64,000 nt of DNA, taken from contig NIVC01000267.1 of the NCBI GenBank assembly GCA_002269645.1, positions 317,902-381,901 of the forward strand, in the 5' to 3' direction. Positions within the stretch are counted from its first letter, which is position 1. Each line of letters starts with the position of its first letter. Positions 1 through 12,454 of this stretch are shown here, piece after piece. This DNA comes from Macrostomum lignano (taxonomy: Eukaryota). The notes under the pieces are model-generated. The model did no database searches, was not told the origin of the DNA, and was given only the letters and a program-made list of their open reading frames with translations. The position numbers and the translations under genes were made by a program.

Positions 1-276
1 TCGTGACAAGTTGTAGAAGTAGAATTGCATGCTTATTTTTCTGGGATGTAATTAAATTTAATGGATTCTACGAGCGAGCTAGAATGTCGTAAAAGTAGTC
101 AAAGCAATTTTGCTTGATAAATCGGAGCCCTGATAGAAATCACAAATTTAAGAGGTATTAATTTTTTCCTAAAGCCAATAAAAAATTCACTCTGATTGAT
201 TTTCACCTCTGGCCATCCGTGACGGAGGTACAAATGTTCTACACAGCTTTTAACCAAGTAATTTCAAAATGTAACT

Positions 277-3098
277 CTATTTAAACAATAGGAATCTACC
301 GGAGCATCGAAGGAGACGTTTGAATTCGCGCCGGAATTTTCCCGACATGGCATTGTAGATCACCGGGTTGATGGCCGAATTGACAAAGATCAGCAGGCGG
401 CTCACGGCCACGAACCACTCGGAGTTGAGGCGGCGATCCGCGGCGGCGAAGCTGTTGTAGGCGACCATCAGGCGGTAAGGCAGCCACAGGAAAGCGAACA
501 TTGTCACTACCACGAATAGCATCTTGACTACCTGCGGATGGAGCGAACCGGAAGGCTTCAGAAGGGTTATCATTTTCTTTTTTCGCTCTCAATATATCTC
601 TTCACGCCTTTAAACACCCACCCACGCCTCGTCCTGCCCCTCAGCACCGACCCCACGCCTTGTCTCTCTACCCCTCTGCACCCACCCTACGCCTCGCCTC
701 TGTCCCTCTGCACCCACCCACGCCTCGCCTCTGCCCCTCTGCACCCACCCCACGCCTCGCCTCTGCCCCTCTGCACCCACCCCACGCCTCGCCTCTCTGC
801 CCCTTTGCACCCACCCCACGCCTCGCCTCTCTGCCCCTCTGCACCCACCCCACGCCTCGCCTCTGCCCCTTTGCACCCACCCCACGCCTCGCCTTTCTGC
901 CCCTCGACACCCATTCACGCCTCGCTTCGCTATCTTCTCTATACTACTCTACATCCAGCCTCTGCGCCCCCCCAATAAACTGATAGTTAAGTCAAAATTA
1001 TCAACACTTTTTTTGCTCTTAACAAATGCGCTTTATTTTAAGCAGTTAGTTCTTGAATAAAAAATTAGGCAGGTTGCTTTCTCGATTTTCGTCAACTCTC
1101 CGCTTTTCATTACAGACTTGCAGGTGTCCGCCAAGGTTGGCCAATAAATTATACAGGGTACCGCTTGAAGCGACTTGGAGTGGGAGATATATGCTTGTTT
1201 TCCCCTATTCCCTTCCAAAAATGCTATAACTTGTCAATAATATTATGCTCTAGTTAGTTCGATTATGTCTTGCCAGGTGCTTCAAGGTGGGCAATCATTT
1301 TTCATCTTTGTCCCGTTTTGTCCGTGTTGGTTTTATAATTAGCTAAATTAGGCTCTCTTACACCTGGCGCCTCTGGCAAATCGTTGTCCCCGAGGGCCTT
1401 CAGCCCCCACCCGCACCGACATTTACAACTTGCATACCAAATTCGGTCTTTCGACTGCCTCAAAGCCTATAAGTAGCTCACAGCCCCTCACACTATAAAT
1501 TTCTCAAAACTATTTCAAATGTTAACTATTTCAAAATCATTTTAAACATGTCACACTCACACAGGGGTGCACAGCGGCCCTAACTTTATTTATCATGAGG
1601 CATGTACACTTCCTTGCCATGTGCCTTGGGGGTTGGCCCTCAAGGCCGTTAATTGCACGAGCAGAGCCAAGCCGAGATTCCCATTTAGCCCCAAATTAAT
1701 GTGACTGCACTTGGAATCGAGCCTGGGCCGCTGGGACATCAAAACACTAGGCTACGGACCCCAACGCGGCTCTTAAAATCACAAGATTTTACACACTTGT
1801 CACTCATAATCCCAAAGACTGCTCAAGATCAGGGGCGTTGCCATGGATTTTATGGTGGGGGGGGGGAAAGCCAAAATCCTACATGTACAATATTTTCAGA
1901 TTATCGTCAGCGCTCACTTTGGCGCCACAGGCACTCATTTTAGCGCCACAGGCACTCATTTTAGCACCAGAGCCACTCATTTTAGCGCCACAAGCACTCA
2001 TTTTAGCGCCACAGGCACTCATTTTAGCGCCGCAGGCACTCATTTTAGCGCCGCAGGCACTCATTTTAGCGCCACAGGCACTCATTTTAGCGCCGCAGGC
2101 ACTCATTTTAGCGCCACAAGCACTCATTTTAGCGCCACAGGCACTCATTTTAGCGCCGCAGGCACTCATTTTAGCGCCGGAGCCACTCATTTTAGCGCCG
2201 CAGGACGTGTCCCCTGTCCTCCCGGTGGCAACGCCCCTGCTCAAGACAATTCCCCAGGCCAGCCAACCTGGATTCGACTCTGCAGCAGCCTGGCGGCATT
2301 CGACGATCTCAGCGGCTCCGTCATTCTGGCGATGCCGCTCCCGGTGTCGCTGCCGCAGCATCGGCCGCCTCTTCTCTCGACTCCGTCGCGGCCGTTGCTC
2401 CTAGAGGCAGAGGAGCGGAACAGGGCCCTGGCGATGGCGGTGTACACGCCAGACAGAAGCAGCAGCGGCACCACATAGAACAGGCTGAGGTCGGCCAGGT
2501 ACAGCGACATGTAGATGGGGTCGGACCTGGCCAGCTTGTGCTGGCAGCTGGGCACCTCCAGGCTGCCGTTTCCCGGCCGGGTCGGCCTGACGGTGGCCAG
2601 GTACAGCCAGGGCGCGTTGTAGGCCAGGCCGAATGTCCAGATCCCAGCGATGATGCGGAAGGCGCGGCGGACGGTACAGGCTGTCTTCGCCGTGATGGGA
2701 TGGCAGATGGCCACCCAGCGCTCCAAGGAGAAGGCCGTGATGGAGAAGGCCGAGGTGTTCACCCCCACGTAGGTGAGGTAGACCGACAGCTTGCAGCCGG
2801 CCAGGCCACAGAGCAGCCAGCGGTCCCGGACGATGTTCAGCTCCGTTACCATGGTGACGGCTCCAACAATTAGAACCACCAGATCAGCAAGGGACAGGGA
2901 CACCAGGTAGCAGTTGGTGGTGGTGATCATGCGGCCGCGGGCGGTGAGCACCACCGCCATCACCAGCACGTTGCCGACAAAGCCGATGCAGAGGATGAGG
3001 AGGGACAGAGCCGTCCCGGTGACCCTGATCGGGATATCGTAGTACAGCAGCGACTCCTGCTGCTGCTGATCCATGTGCAGCAGCTCCTTTGATTCCAT
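277..3098 (-). CDS. TRHR: Thyrotropin-releasing hormone receptor-like class A GPCR; exons 3098-2268 and 531-277 (may splice on at 299 to an exon outside the window)
   Basis: Seven hydrophobic segments with GNVLV (TM1), LSLADL (TM2), SLERW (TM3), LWLPYR (TM6), NSAINPVIYNAMSGKFR (TM7), close to vertebrate TRHR LWMPYR and NSAINPVIYNLMSQKFR as recalled. Phase-0 intron CAG|GTTGGC (2267) to CCGCAG|GTA (532) joins RIQ|VVKML. Start at 3098 assumed; 3074 is an alternative. Confidence 0.85.
617..925. repeat. ~33-bp C-rich minisatellite (CCCCACGCCTCGCCTCTGCCCCTCTGCACCCA) in the GPCR intron near the acceptor
   Basis: About 9 tandem degenerate units visible; explains the repetitive ORFs at 538-983. Confidence 0.9.
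1545..1775 (-). mobile_element. Putative tRNA-derived SINE-like fragment
   Basis: Minus strand reads TAGCCTAGTG (A-box-like) then AGGCTCGATTCC (B-box-like) followed by unique body sequence. No second copy in the window to confirm. Confidence 0.35.
1912..2202. repeat. 21-bp minisatellite (CACTCATTTTAGCGCCACAGG), ~14 copies, GPCR intron near the donor
   Basis: Direct tandem units; gives the APQALIL and ATGTHFS periodic ORFs. Confidence 0.95.
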
Positions 3099-3334
3099 GC
3101 CGCTTCCGGATTTCGGTTCTTGACAGCTAGGGGAGGATGCGGGCGATTTCCTTGCAGCGCGACGGCTTCTCGATGGCTGCCGCAAAGTTTATACTGGGGA
3201 TGGAGAATCGAGACGCAGCTAATCCCATCTCATGGCCAATGGGGAAGTTGCTGTGCTGCTCAAGCCTGAGCCTTAGGTTTGTAGCGGCCAATACCAGGAA
3301 AAGGGTGGTTCTGACAATCCTGACAGCCTCATTC

Positions 3335-5816
3335 TGACCATGACCATACTGACAATCTCACTCTGACCATCCTGACAATCTCACTCTGACCATCCTGAGA
3401 ATCTCACTCTGACCATACTGAGAATCTCACTCTGACCATACTGACAATCTCACTCTGACCATTCTGACAATCTCATGCTGATCATCCTGACAATCTCATG
3501 CTGATCATCCTGACAATCTCACTCTGACCATCCTGACAATCTCATGCTGACCATCTCATGCTGACCATCCTGACAATATCATGCTGACCATCCTGACAAT
3601 CTCACTCTGACCATCCTGACAATCTCATGCTGACCATCTCATGCTGACCATCTCATGCTGACCATCTCATGCTGACCATCTCATGCTGACCATCCTGACA
3701 ATCTCATGCTGACCATCCTGACAATCTCACTTTGACCATCCCTGACAATCTCACTCTGACCATCCTGACAATCTCATGCTGACCATCTCATGCTGACCAT
3801 CCTGAAAATCTCATGCTGACCATCTCATGCTGACCATCTCATGCTGACCATCTCATGCTGACCATCTCATGCTGACCATCCTGACAATCTCATGCTGACC
3901 ATCCTGACAATCTCACTTTGACCATCCCTGACAATCTCATGCTGACCATCCTGACAATCTCATGCTGACCATCTCATGCTGACCATCTCATGCTGACCAT
4001 CTCATGCTGACCATCTCATGCTGACCATCTCATGCTGACCATCTCATGCTGACCATCTCATGCTGACCATCTCATGCTGACCATCTCATGCTGACCATCT
4101 CATGCTGACCATCTCATGCTGACCATCTCATGCTGACCATCTCATGCTGACCATCTCATGCTGACCATCTCATGCTGACCATCCTGAAAATCTCATGCTG
4201 ACCATCTCATGCTGACCATCTCATGCTGACCATCTCATGCTGACCATCTCATGCTGACCATCCTGACAATCTCACTTTGACCATCCTGACAATCTCACTT
4301 TGACCATCCTGACAATCTCACTTTGACCATCCTGACAATCTCACTCTGACCATCCTGAAAATCTCATGCTGACCATCTCATGCTGACAATCTCATGCTGA
4401 CCATCCTGACAATCTCATGCTGACCATCCTGACAATCTCACTCTGACCATCCTGACAATCTCATGCTGACCATCCTGACAATCTCACTTTGACCATCCTG
4501 ACAATCTCACTTTGACCATCCTGACAATCTCACTCTGACCATCCTGACAATCTCATGCTGACCATCCTGACAATCTCACTTTGACCATCCTGACAATCTC
4601 ACTTTGACCATCCTGACAATCTCACTCTGACCATCCTGACAATCTCATGCTGACCATCCTGACAATCTCACTTTGACCATCCTGACAATCTCACTTTGAC
4701 CATCCTGACAATCTCACTCTGACCATCCTGACAATCTCACTTTGACCATCCTGACAATCTCACTTTGACCATCCTGACAATCTCATGCTGACCATCCTGA
4801 AAATCTCATGCTGACCATCTCATGCTGACAATCTCACTTTGACCATCCTGACAATCTCACTTTGACCATCCTGACAATCTCACTTTGACCATCCTGACAA
4901 TCTCACTTTGACCATTCTGACAATCTCATGCTGACCATCCTGACAATCTCACTCTGACCATCCTGACAATCTCACTTTGACCATCCTGACAATCTCACTT
5001 TGACCATCCTGACAATCTCACTTTGACCATCCTGACAATCTCACTCTGACCATCCTGACAATCTCACTTTGACCATCCTGACAATCTCATGCTGACCATC
5101 CTGACAATCTCACTCTGACCATCCTGACAATCTCACTTTGACCATCCTGACAATCTCACTTTGACCATCCTGACAATCTCACTCTGACCATCCTGACAAT
5201 CTCACTTTGACCATCCTGACAATCTCACTCTGACCATCCTGACAATCTCACTCTGACCATCCTGACAATCTCACTCTGACCATCCTGACAATCTCATGCT
5301 GACCATCCTGACAATCTCATGCTGACCATCCTGACAATCTCACTTTGACCATCCTGACAATCTCACTCTGACCATCCTGACAATCTCACTTTGACCATCC
5401 TGACAATCTCACTTTGACCATCCTGACAATCTCACTCTGACCATCCTGACAATCTCACTTTGACCATCCTGACAATCTCACTCTGACCATCCTGAGAATC
5501 TCACTCTGACCATACTGAGAATCTCACTCTGACCATACTGACAATCTCACTCTGACCATTCTGACAATCTCATGCTGATCATCCTGACAATCTCATGCTG
5601 ATCATCCTGACAATCTCACTCTGACCATCCTGACAATCTCATGCTGACCATCTCATGCTGACCATCCTGACAATCTCATGCTGACCATCCTGACAATCTC
5701 ACTCTGACCATCCTGACAATCTCACTCTGACCATCCTGACAATCTCACTCTGACCATCCTGACAATCTCACTCTGACCATCCTGACAATCTCACTCTGAC
5801 CATCCTGACAATTTCA
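3335..5816. repeat. 2.5-kb compound minisatellite of 23-bp (CTGACCATCCTGACAATCTCACT) and 14-bp (CTGACCATCTCATG) units upstream of the GPCR
   Basis: Continuous array with interleaved unit variants. Confidence 0.97.
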
Positions 5817-6939
5817 TGCTGGCCACTCTGAAAGGCTTTTTACCAACTTACAAGACAAGCCAAACTCCCCCATTGCATTCAACGCACCTGCACGGTGCCG
5901 CGCCGGTATTTAATTCTGAAATCCTGCAATTTGGAATTTGGGACTTCTTTCCACGAAAGAGTAGAGCCATTGCAGCTGAGGACGGGACCAGCATTCTAAT
6001 ATCGATCAGGTGCATTCTGGCCCACCAATTTCAGTTCCAACAAAATTGAGCTGAAAAAATTGCTTTTACTGTGCGCCAGGAAAGACAGCTGATGCCGCTT
6101 CTGCTGCAGGTCAGGAAATTTGCTTGTTGCAGAAAATGGGAGTGAGAGAATGGCTAAACTACCCGAGGAACCTACATCGCCATTCAAACTGGGATTAAAG
6201 CCTTTATTGCTAAATTGTCAAGTACAGCTGGTTGCTGTGGGGCCTTTTGTCCTCACGCTTTGCAGAGCCCATGTGTGCGCGTTGATTACAGAATTGCCCA
6301 GAAAAAGAGGCAACATACGAAAGAAAAAGCAATTTTGATTTGGATGGCCCCACAGTTCCGGACGACAACACAACTGTTGGAGACAGTGCGGACTCTCAGG
6401 GTCAAGCTATGGGTCTGTCTATGGGCAAAACCAAATCTCCTGCTGCCAAATAGCAGTTCTCTACTTGATTGGCTCAACCCACAGATTCTATACACAGATT
6501 CTTCTTCTGTAGACGAAAGACAAGTGAGATTATATCAAATATTTTCTAATAGATTTGTGCAAAGAGAATGGAGATTTCCAAGAGCATCCCCGAAGAATGC
6601 TTGCTGAGATTCTAAAAACACTTGCATGCATGGATATCTACCGTATACTAGTGTTGCAGTTCGCCTGGGACAAAGTGAGGATTTACCACAGACAGTCTCC
6701 GCACCCGCCCGCTGCCTCTGCACTGAACCCTCAGAGTCTCAGATATCCACAACCAGCAAGCTGCCTACCTTTCATCGCCTCGGCGCCAATCAGCGCCAAT
6801 ATAAAGCGCAAAAAAGCAACATTTTAAAATCGTGTTTATACCTGTAAGTATGCCATCAACCTTTTAACTTGCAATGGTAAAAATTATGATCAAGAAATTT
6901 TAATGGTCGGGCCGTTTAAGGGGTTATGACCTGATCATT

Positions 6940-7465
6940 GACTCCCATGACCCCATGACCCCATGAACCCCATTGACCCCTATGACCCCATGACCCCATG
7001 ACCCCCATTGACCCCTATGACCCCATGACCCCCATTGACCACCATGACCCCATGACCCCATGACCCCATTGACCCCCATCGGCCCTCATGACCCCATGAC
7101 CCCCATTGACCCCCATGACCCCATGACCCCATGACCCCATGACCCCATGACCCATAACCCCCATTGACCCCCATGATCCCATGTCCCGCATTGACCCCCA
7201 TCGGCCCTCATGACCCCATGACCCCCAGGCCCCATTGACCCCCATGACCCCCATTGACCCCATGACCCCATGACCCCATGACCCCATGACCCCATGACCC
7301 ATAACCCCCATTGACCCCCATGATCCCATGTCCCGCATTGACCCCCATCGGCCCTCATGACCCCATGACCCCCAGGCCCCATTGACTCCCATGACCCCAT
7401 GATCCCATGACCCCATGACCCATAACCCCAATTGACCCCCATGACCCCCATTGACTCCCATGAAC
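6940..7465. repeat. 8-bp-based array (GACCCCAT)n with internal duplication
   Basis: Direct tandem units; source of the GHGVMGS-type ORFs. Confidence 0.95.
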
Positions 7466-8330
7466 CCCTTGGTTCCGGCACTGATTAGGTAAAATATAGT
7501 TCATGGTTTACCCAGATTACAGAACAAAATCAGGTAAAATTAAATTCAAATTAATTGCTTTCAAATACTCGTATTTTACTCACGTGAACGCAAGCAAAGA
7601 ACGACCGATTTGGATGATACCAAATATTTTTCAACGCTTTTTTATTTCATTGGCTTGAATCAGAGCAACAAGAAATATATATTAATGTTTTGATCAGTGG
7701 AGTGCACAGCCGGGGACGATAAACATGGGGAGAGAAGGGAGCTGGGAAGACACGAATCGGAAAGTCCAAGGAAGCACGGTTGTCAACACAGGAAAAACTC
7801 CTGGCTCTCTCTCGGGTAGGGGAATATAAAATAATAACGGAGGAAATTTTTAATACCGAATAGCCACAGCCTCGAAGCGTGGGGAAGACAGAAGACAGTC
7901 ATCGCTACGTTTGGCGAGCTTTTTGTAAATTATAATTTCGCGGCTATTAGTAGGAAAATTTGCCAAATCCGGGTTTCCGCAACAGAACAGTTCAGTCGTG
8001 TAGAAAATAATTTGAGAGCGTTTTTTGAGAGCTAAACTAGACTGGGAGCGAGCAAGGGGTTCCACTGCAATAGAAAATCCATGCATTTAGGGCAATTTTT
8101 CTACTGTCTATGGTCAGAACTATGGTTATAATTACTTAGATACATAGCCTAAGCCGACCCGCTGTAGAATGTCTATGGCCAAAACTCTATAGACCATTGG
8201 TTCAATGCAAAGCGAGACTGTCTATGGTAAAGCCTTACTTAATCCTATAGTGGATTCAATCGTTCGCTGGTAGTCTATTTTTAGCTCTCAAAATGCTATT
8301 GTTCATTTGAATTCGATTTTAACAGTCTGT

Positions 8331-10707
8331 TCACTTCTTGGTCTTCTTCTTTCGCGCCACCCGCTTCTTGGTCTTCTGGTCGATCAGCTGCTGCGACTGT
8401 TTCTTCACGGCCGCCCGGGACAGCACTTCGCCGTCGTCTTCGGCCGAGTCCGAGTCGTCGTCGTAGCTCTTCTCCCGCGACTGGCCGGCCAGGCTGATGC
8501 GCACGTTGTGCTGCGGCAGCTTCGACTCCACCTGCTGGTTGAACTCCTCCGCTCGCATCGCCTTCAGCTCGGCCTCGACGTCCTCCTTTTCCAGTTCCGC
8601 CATGAGCTTCAGCAGGCGCTCCTCGCACTTGCCGAGCACGTCTAGAACGTAGGCGTCGCTTGACGGATCAATCTGGGCCTGCGCGGCGTGGCTGCGCGCC
8701 ACCTTGATGTGCGACAGCTTCTCGTGCAGGTGGTCCACGCCGGCCTTGCACTGCACCAACACCTTGGAGGCGGACTCGAGCTCCTGTTCCACGGCGGCCC
8801 TGTCTTCCTCCTCGCGGCGCAGCTGAGTCTGGTAGTTCTCCAGAATCTTCTGTCCGGAGCTCAGTTTGCACTCACCGGAATACTTCACGTCGTCGAACTG
8901 CGTCTTGAGCGTGTCCCTTTCGGCTCGCAGTCTCTGCGTCTCCTTCTCGGAGTCCTTCTTCAGCTCCTCGAGGTGCTCCCGGGTGGAGCCCTGGTTCTCG
9001 AAGCGGATGACCACCTCATTCAGGTCGCTGACGCCTGTGGCCTCCTTGATGCGCTTGAATGCCTCCTGCAGGTCGGTGATCTTCTCCTGCTGACTGTCGC
9101 CGAGGGAGGACGAGGTTCTCTCCGGGCCCTGGTCCTGTGTTGAGTCTCGCTGGGCCTGGCGCCGCTCCATCTTCTCGTACTGCAGCCTCTTCTCGTCCGC
9201 CTCGGATTTGAGCTTGTGGATCTCCTGCTCACGACGCTTGCGCTCGGTATAGACTGTCTCCTCCATCTTCTTGAGCTTGTGCGCAGCCTCCTCTTTGCCT
9301 GAAGTTGAGTTGGGGTCGGGGGGGGGGAATTGGAAATCGGAGACTTGTAGTTCCTCACTGCTTTTGCAATTTTACAGAGGAGAAAGAGGAGAGAGGAGAG
9401 AGGAGAGAGGAGAGAGGAGAGAGGGGAGAGGAGAGAGGGGAGAGGAGAGAAGAGAGAGGGAGAGGAGAGAGGAGAGAGGGAAGAGGAGAGAAGAGAGAGG
9501 GGAGAGGAGAGAGGAGAGAGGGGAGAGAAGAGAGGGGAGAGGAGAGAGGGGAGAGGAGAGAGAGGAGAGGAGAGAGGAGAGAGGAGGGAGAGGGGAGAGG
9601 AGAGAGGGGAGAGGGGAGAGGAGAGGGAGAGGAGAGAAGAGAGAAGAGGGGAGAGAAGAGGGGAGAGAGAGTGATCTGAGAAGAGAGATGAACATTGAGC
9701 CGAATTGCTATTGTGAAGTGTCAAGGGACCCGAGGGCCGGATAAGAACGGCTTCGTCCCAAAAATATTGGAATACGGCTGAATGTAAACTTCACTACAAG
9801 GCAAATCTGGGCAGTGTGAAACAAAATTTTCATTTTTGCCAAACGATTGCCCTGTAAATCGCAATAACCGAGGCTTGACCGCAACGAAGTCTTAGCAGGA
9901 GGATAAACTCGTTTTAAAATGCATTAGAGAGATTAAAAGGAAATCAAGGCTTAGCTCAGAATTAGCATTTCCGCTTTATTTCAAAAACGGAAAGCAACAG
10001 ACCAAAGCAAAATTCAAGTCCGAACCGCGAACACCCCTTGGCTGCTGCTACTCACTGCGGTTGGCCTCCTCGGCTGTGCGCTCCAGCTCGCTGATCTCCT
10101 CTCGGCCTTCGCGAATCTCCGCCTCCATCGCGTCAAGCGTGTTGCCGAAGCTCAGGTGGTCCTCTTGCAGCCGGGATTTGATCTGCTCGTAGGTTCGCTT
10201 GATGTGCTCAGCCTCCTTCAGCTTCATGTTGGTCTTGTCCATCTTGTTCTCCAGGTCGCGCAGTCGACGGCCCTCGTAGCTCTCGCCCTCCTCCGTAGCC
10301 TTGGCCTCCTCGGCGTCCTGCTCCATCTCCTTGTTCTCCTGCTGCAGCTCGTCCAGCTTCCTCTGTTTCACCGCCGTCATGTGCTTCAATGCGTTCAGCT
10401 TCTTCTTGGTGTCGCTGACCTTGTAGTCCATGGTCTGGATGGCGTCCCGCCCGGTCTTGTTGGACAGTGCCGCCCGCTCCACCGGCCGGTCCTGGAAGGC
10501 CTGATTGATCACGTGATCATCAGCTGACAGCCGATCTTTGAGCTGCTTGCGCAGGTCTTTGTTCTCCTTGCGGAGCTGCCCAATCTTTTCCTTGTTCTGC
10601 TTCTGGGTGTAATAGCTGTTCTCATAGTAGGCTTTCCTGTCTCCCTCCAACAGGTTGATTTTGTTGCGCAGTTCCTCAACTTTTTCCGCCAAAGGTCGCT
10701 CTGTCAT
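8331..10707 (-). CDS. CCDC151: Outer dynein arm docking complex subunit CCDC151/ODAD3, 539 aa; exons 10707-10056 and 9298-8331
   Basis: Long coiled coil with the family-type N-terminus (KINLLEGDRKAYYE), LRDLENKMDK, TVYTERKRRE, AFKRIKEATGVSD and NVRISL near a basic C-terminus. Phase-1 intron A|GTGAGT (10055) to TTCAG|GC (9299) restores the frame into MEETVY. Confidence 0.85.
9378..9670. repeat. Polypurine (GAGAG/GGAGA)n tract inside the CCDC151 intron
   Basis: Almost pure G/A over ~290 bp. Confidence 0.95.
9704..9755 (+). mobile_element. Dispersed-repeat fragment matching 21153-21192 (hAT-like element remnant)
   Basis: 36 of 40 nt identical to 21153-21192 (ATTGCTATTGTGAAG...GAGGGCCRGATA); both follow GA-rich sequence. 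Confidence 0.55.
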
Positions 10708-12454
10708 TTTGATGCTGGCTCAGCATGCAATAGTCAGTTTAAAAGCGAATTAACAGACATTTTTATAGAAGAATTCAAATAAATTTTAGTCATCTGCTTA
10801 TCTAGCGTATCGGAAAATTGATACTTTAAAACTGAAAGTTTTGTTAATTAAAAAATTTCTTTCTCTTCATAAAATTTACCAGACGAAAAAGCACATACGA
10901 GTAGCTGGCATTTAAAATGGAGACTGCTTAACATATTTAATATAACTATATGCACAAGTATAAATTCTGCTGCATGTCCTAAAATAGTATGTTCTTGCAT
11001 AAGCGAGTATACTTATTTTAAGAGACCATGCTATTTATTGTTTGATCAACTAAAAGTGTATAATTTCTAATAGGCCATATAACCATAGAACATCATAAAA
11101 TATATCACTAGGGAAGTGTCTGGTGAAGCAAACAAATACTTTCCTTCTCTAATCCCATTAATTGCGTTGGATTTAAGCCATTATAATTAAAAATTATTAA
11201 TTTACCAAATTTAATAATTCTATCAAATTCTAATCAAGCAAAACTAAAAGATCCAAACATTAAATCAATAGTTTTCGGTTGGATTTTCGACAATGTTCAA
11301 ACACTGCGATACAGTAAAAGGTACAAAGTTCATTTTTTGAGTCTACGCTCATATGTACGAGTAGTAGGGGTTGTGTCTAGAAGTTTCGCAATCGAAAAGT
11401 TTTATAGGAAGCGTCTTCTTGCGTTTAATTGCTTGGCCAAAGAAATCAAACATTTGCTACTACAGCTTGCAGAAATTACGAAGTTAATAGAAGTTCTAAT
11501 CTTTGTAAATTGTACAATCTAAATTTTTAGCGTTGTTATAGCAGCAATATAGTTATAACTAAATATATCTACTTTTGTATCTTCAAGTTTGACGTTAACA
11601 AACTATGGCTAAAATTACCCTTAAGAAACTTTTACATAAAATATGCTTTTGATTTCTTAAATTCCAACTTTAATTACACACTTACGTTTTAATTTTGTTG
11701 TATACATCATTTATTATATTTATATACTTCTTCTACTTATATTTATTGTGATTCATTGACATTAGATTAATCGTTTTGAACTGTATAAATAATTATTTAT
11801 GCTGTCTCAACTTTGTAATTTTATTTAATAATTTTTACTATATTTTCGGTTTTTAATGAGAAGAGAGGAAATAAGTAAAAGATTAGGCAGATCGAGATCT
11901 TTACTGTCATCTTCATGGATAATGTGGTGAAAACAGGGAAAACAGGCCTGTGTTTTAGATTACATCTTTTAGTTAGTGGCTTTAGGCTCTACAGTATATA
12001 TCGATTATATATGTAGAGTATATAGGCAATATATATAGAGCTGAGTGTATACTTATACTAGGCTTAGGCTTCAATAAAGTGTTGCTTATATATTTTACAT
12101 GGCAGCTTTAGAATAGAATTCCAAGAAAGGCAATGAAATTGGATGGAAAGGTAGAGAGTAGTGTGGAGGGGTGCAGTTGGAAGGTTTAAGCTGGGGGATA
12201 AGAGCCAATAAATAATAAGCCTTGGCTTTAAAAATAAATAAAAATGCTTCTATTTAACTTACTACTAAGCTGAAAGTAGCCTGCATGCAAATGTGCTGAA
12301 TGGCCTATCTAGTTATTCTAGTATCTGTGATCAAGGCTAGTTAAATTTATTTTTAAAAAACAAATTGTTCATATATTGATTTAGGACACTGTAAACAATA
12401 AAAATTAATGCCAACAATATAGCTAATTATAAAGTTTATTACATAAAAGTTGTA

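Noticed and set aside
1838-2478. Long periodic ORFs (APQALIL, ATGTHFS) and similar ones at 17259-17962, 23723-24493, 30885-31783, 43089-44503 and 51251-52608
   Set aside because: Translations of minisatellites whose units lack stops in some frames; no splice or codon support.
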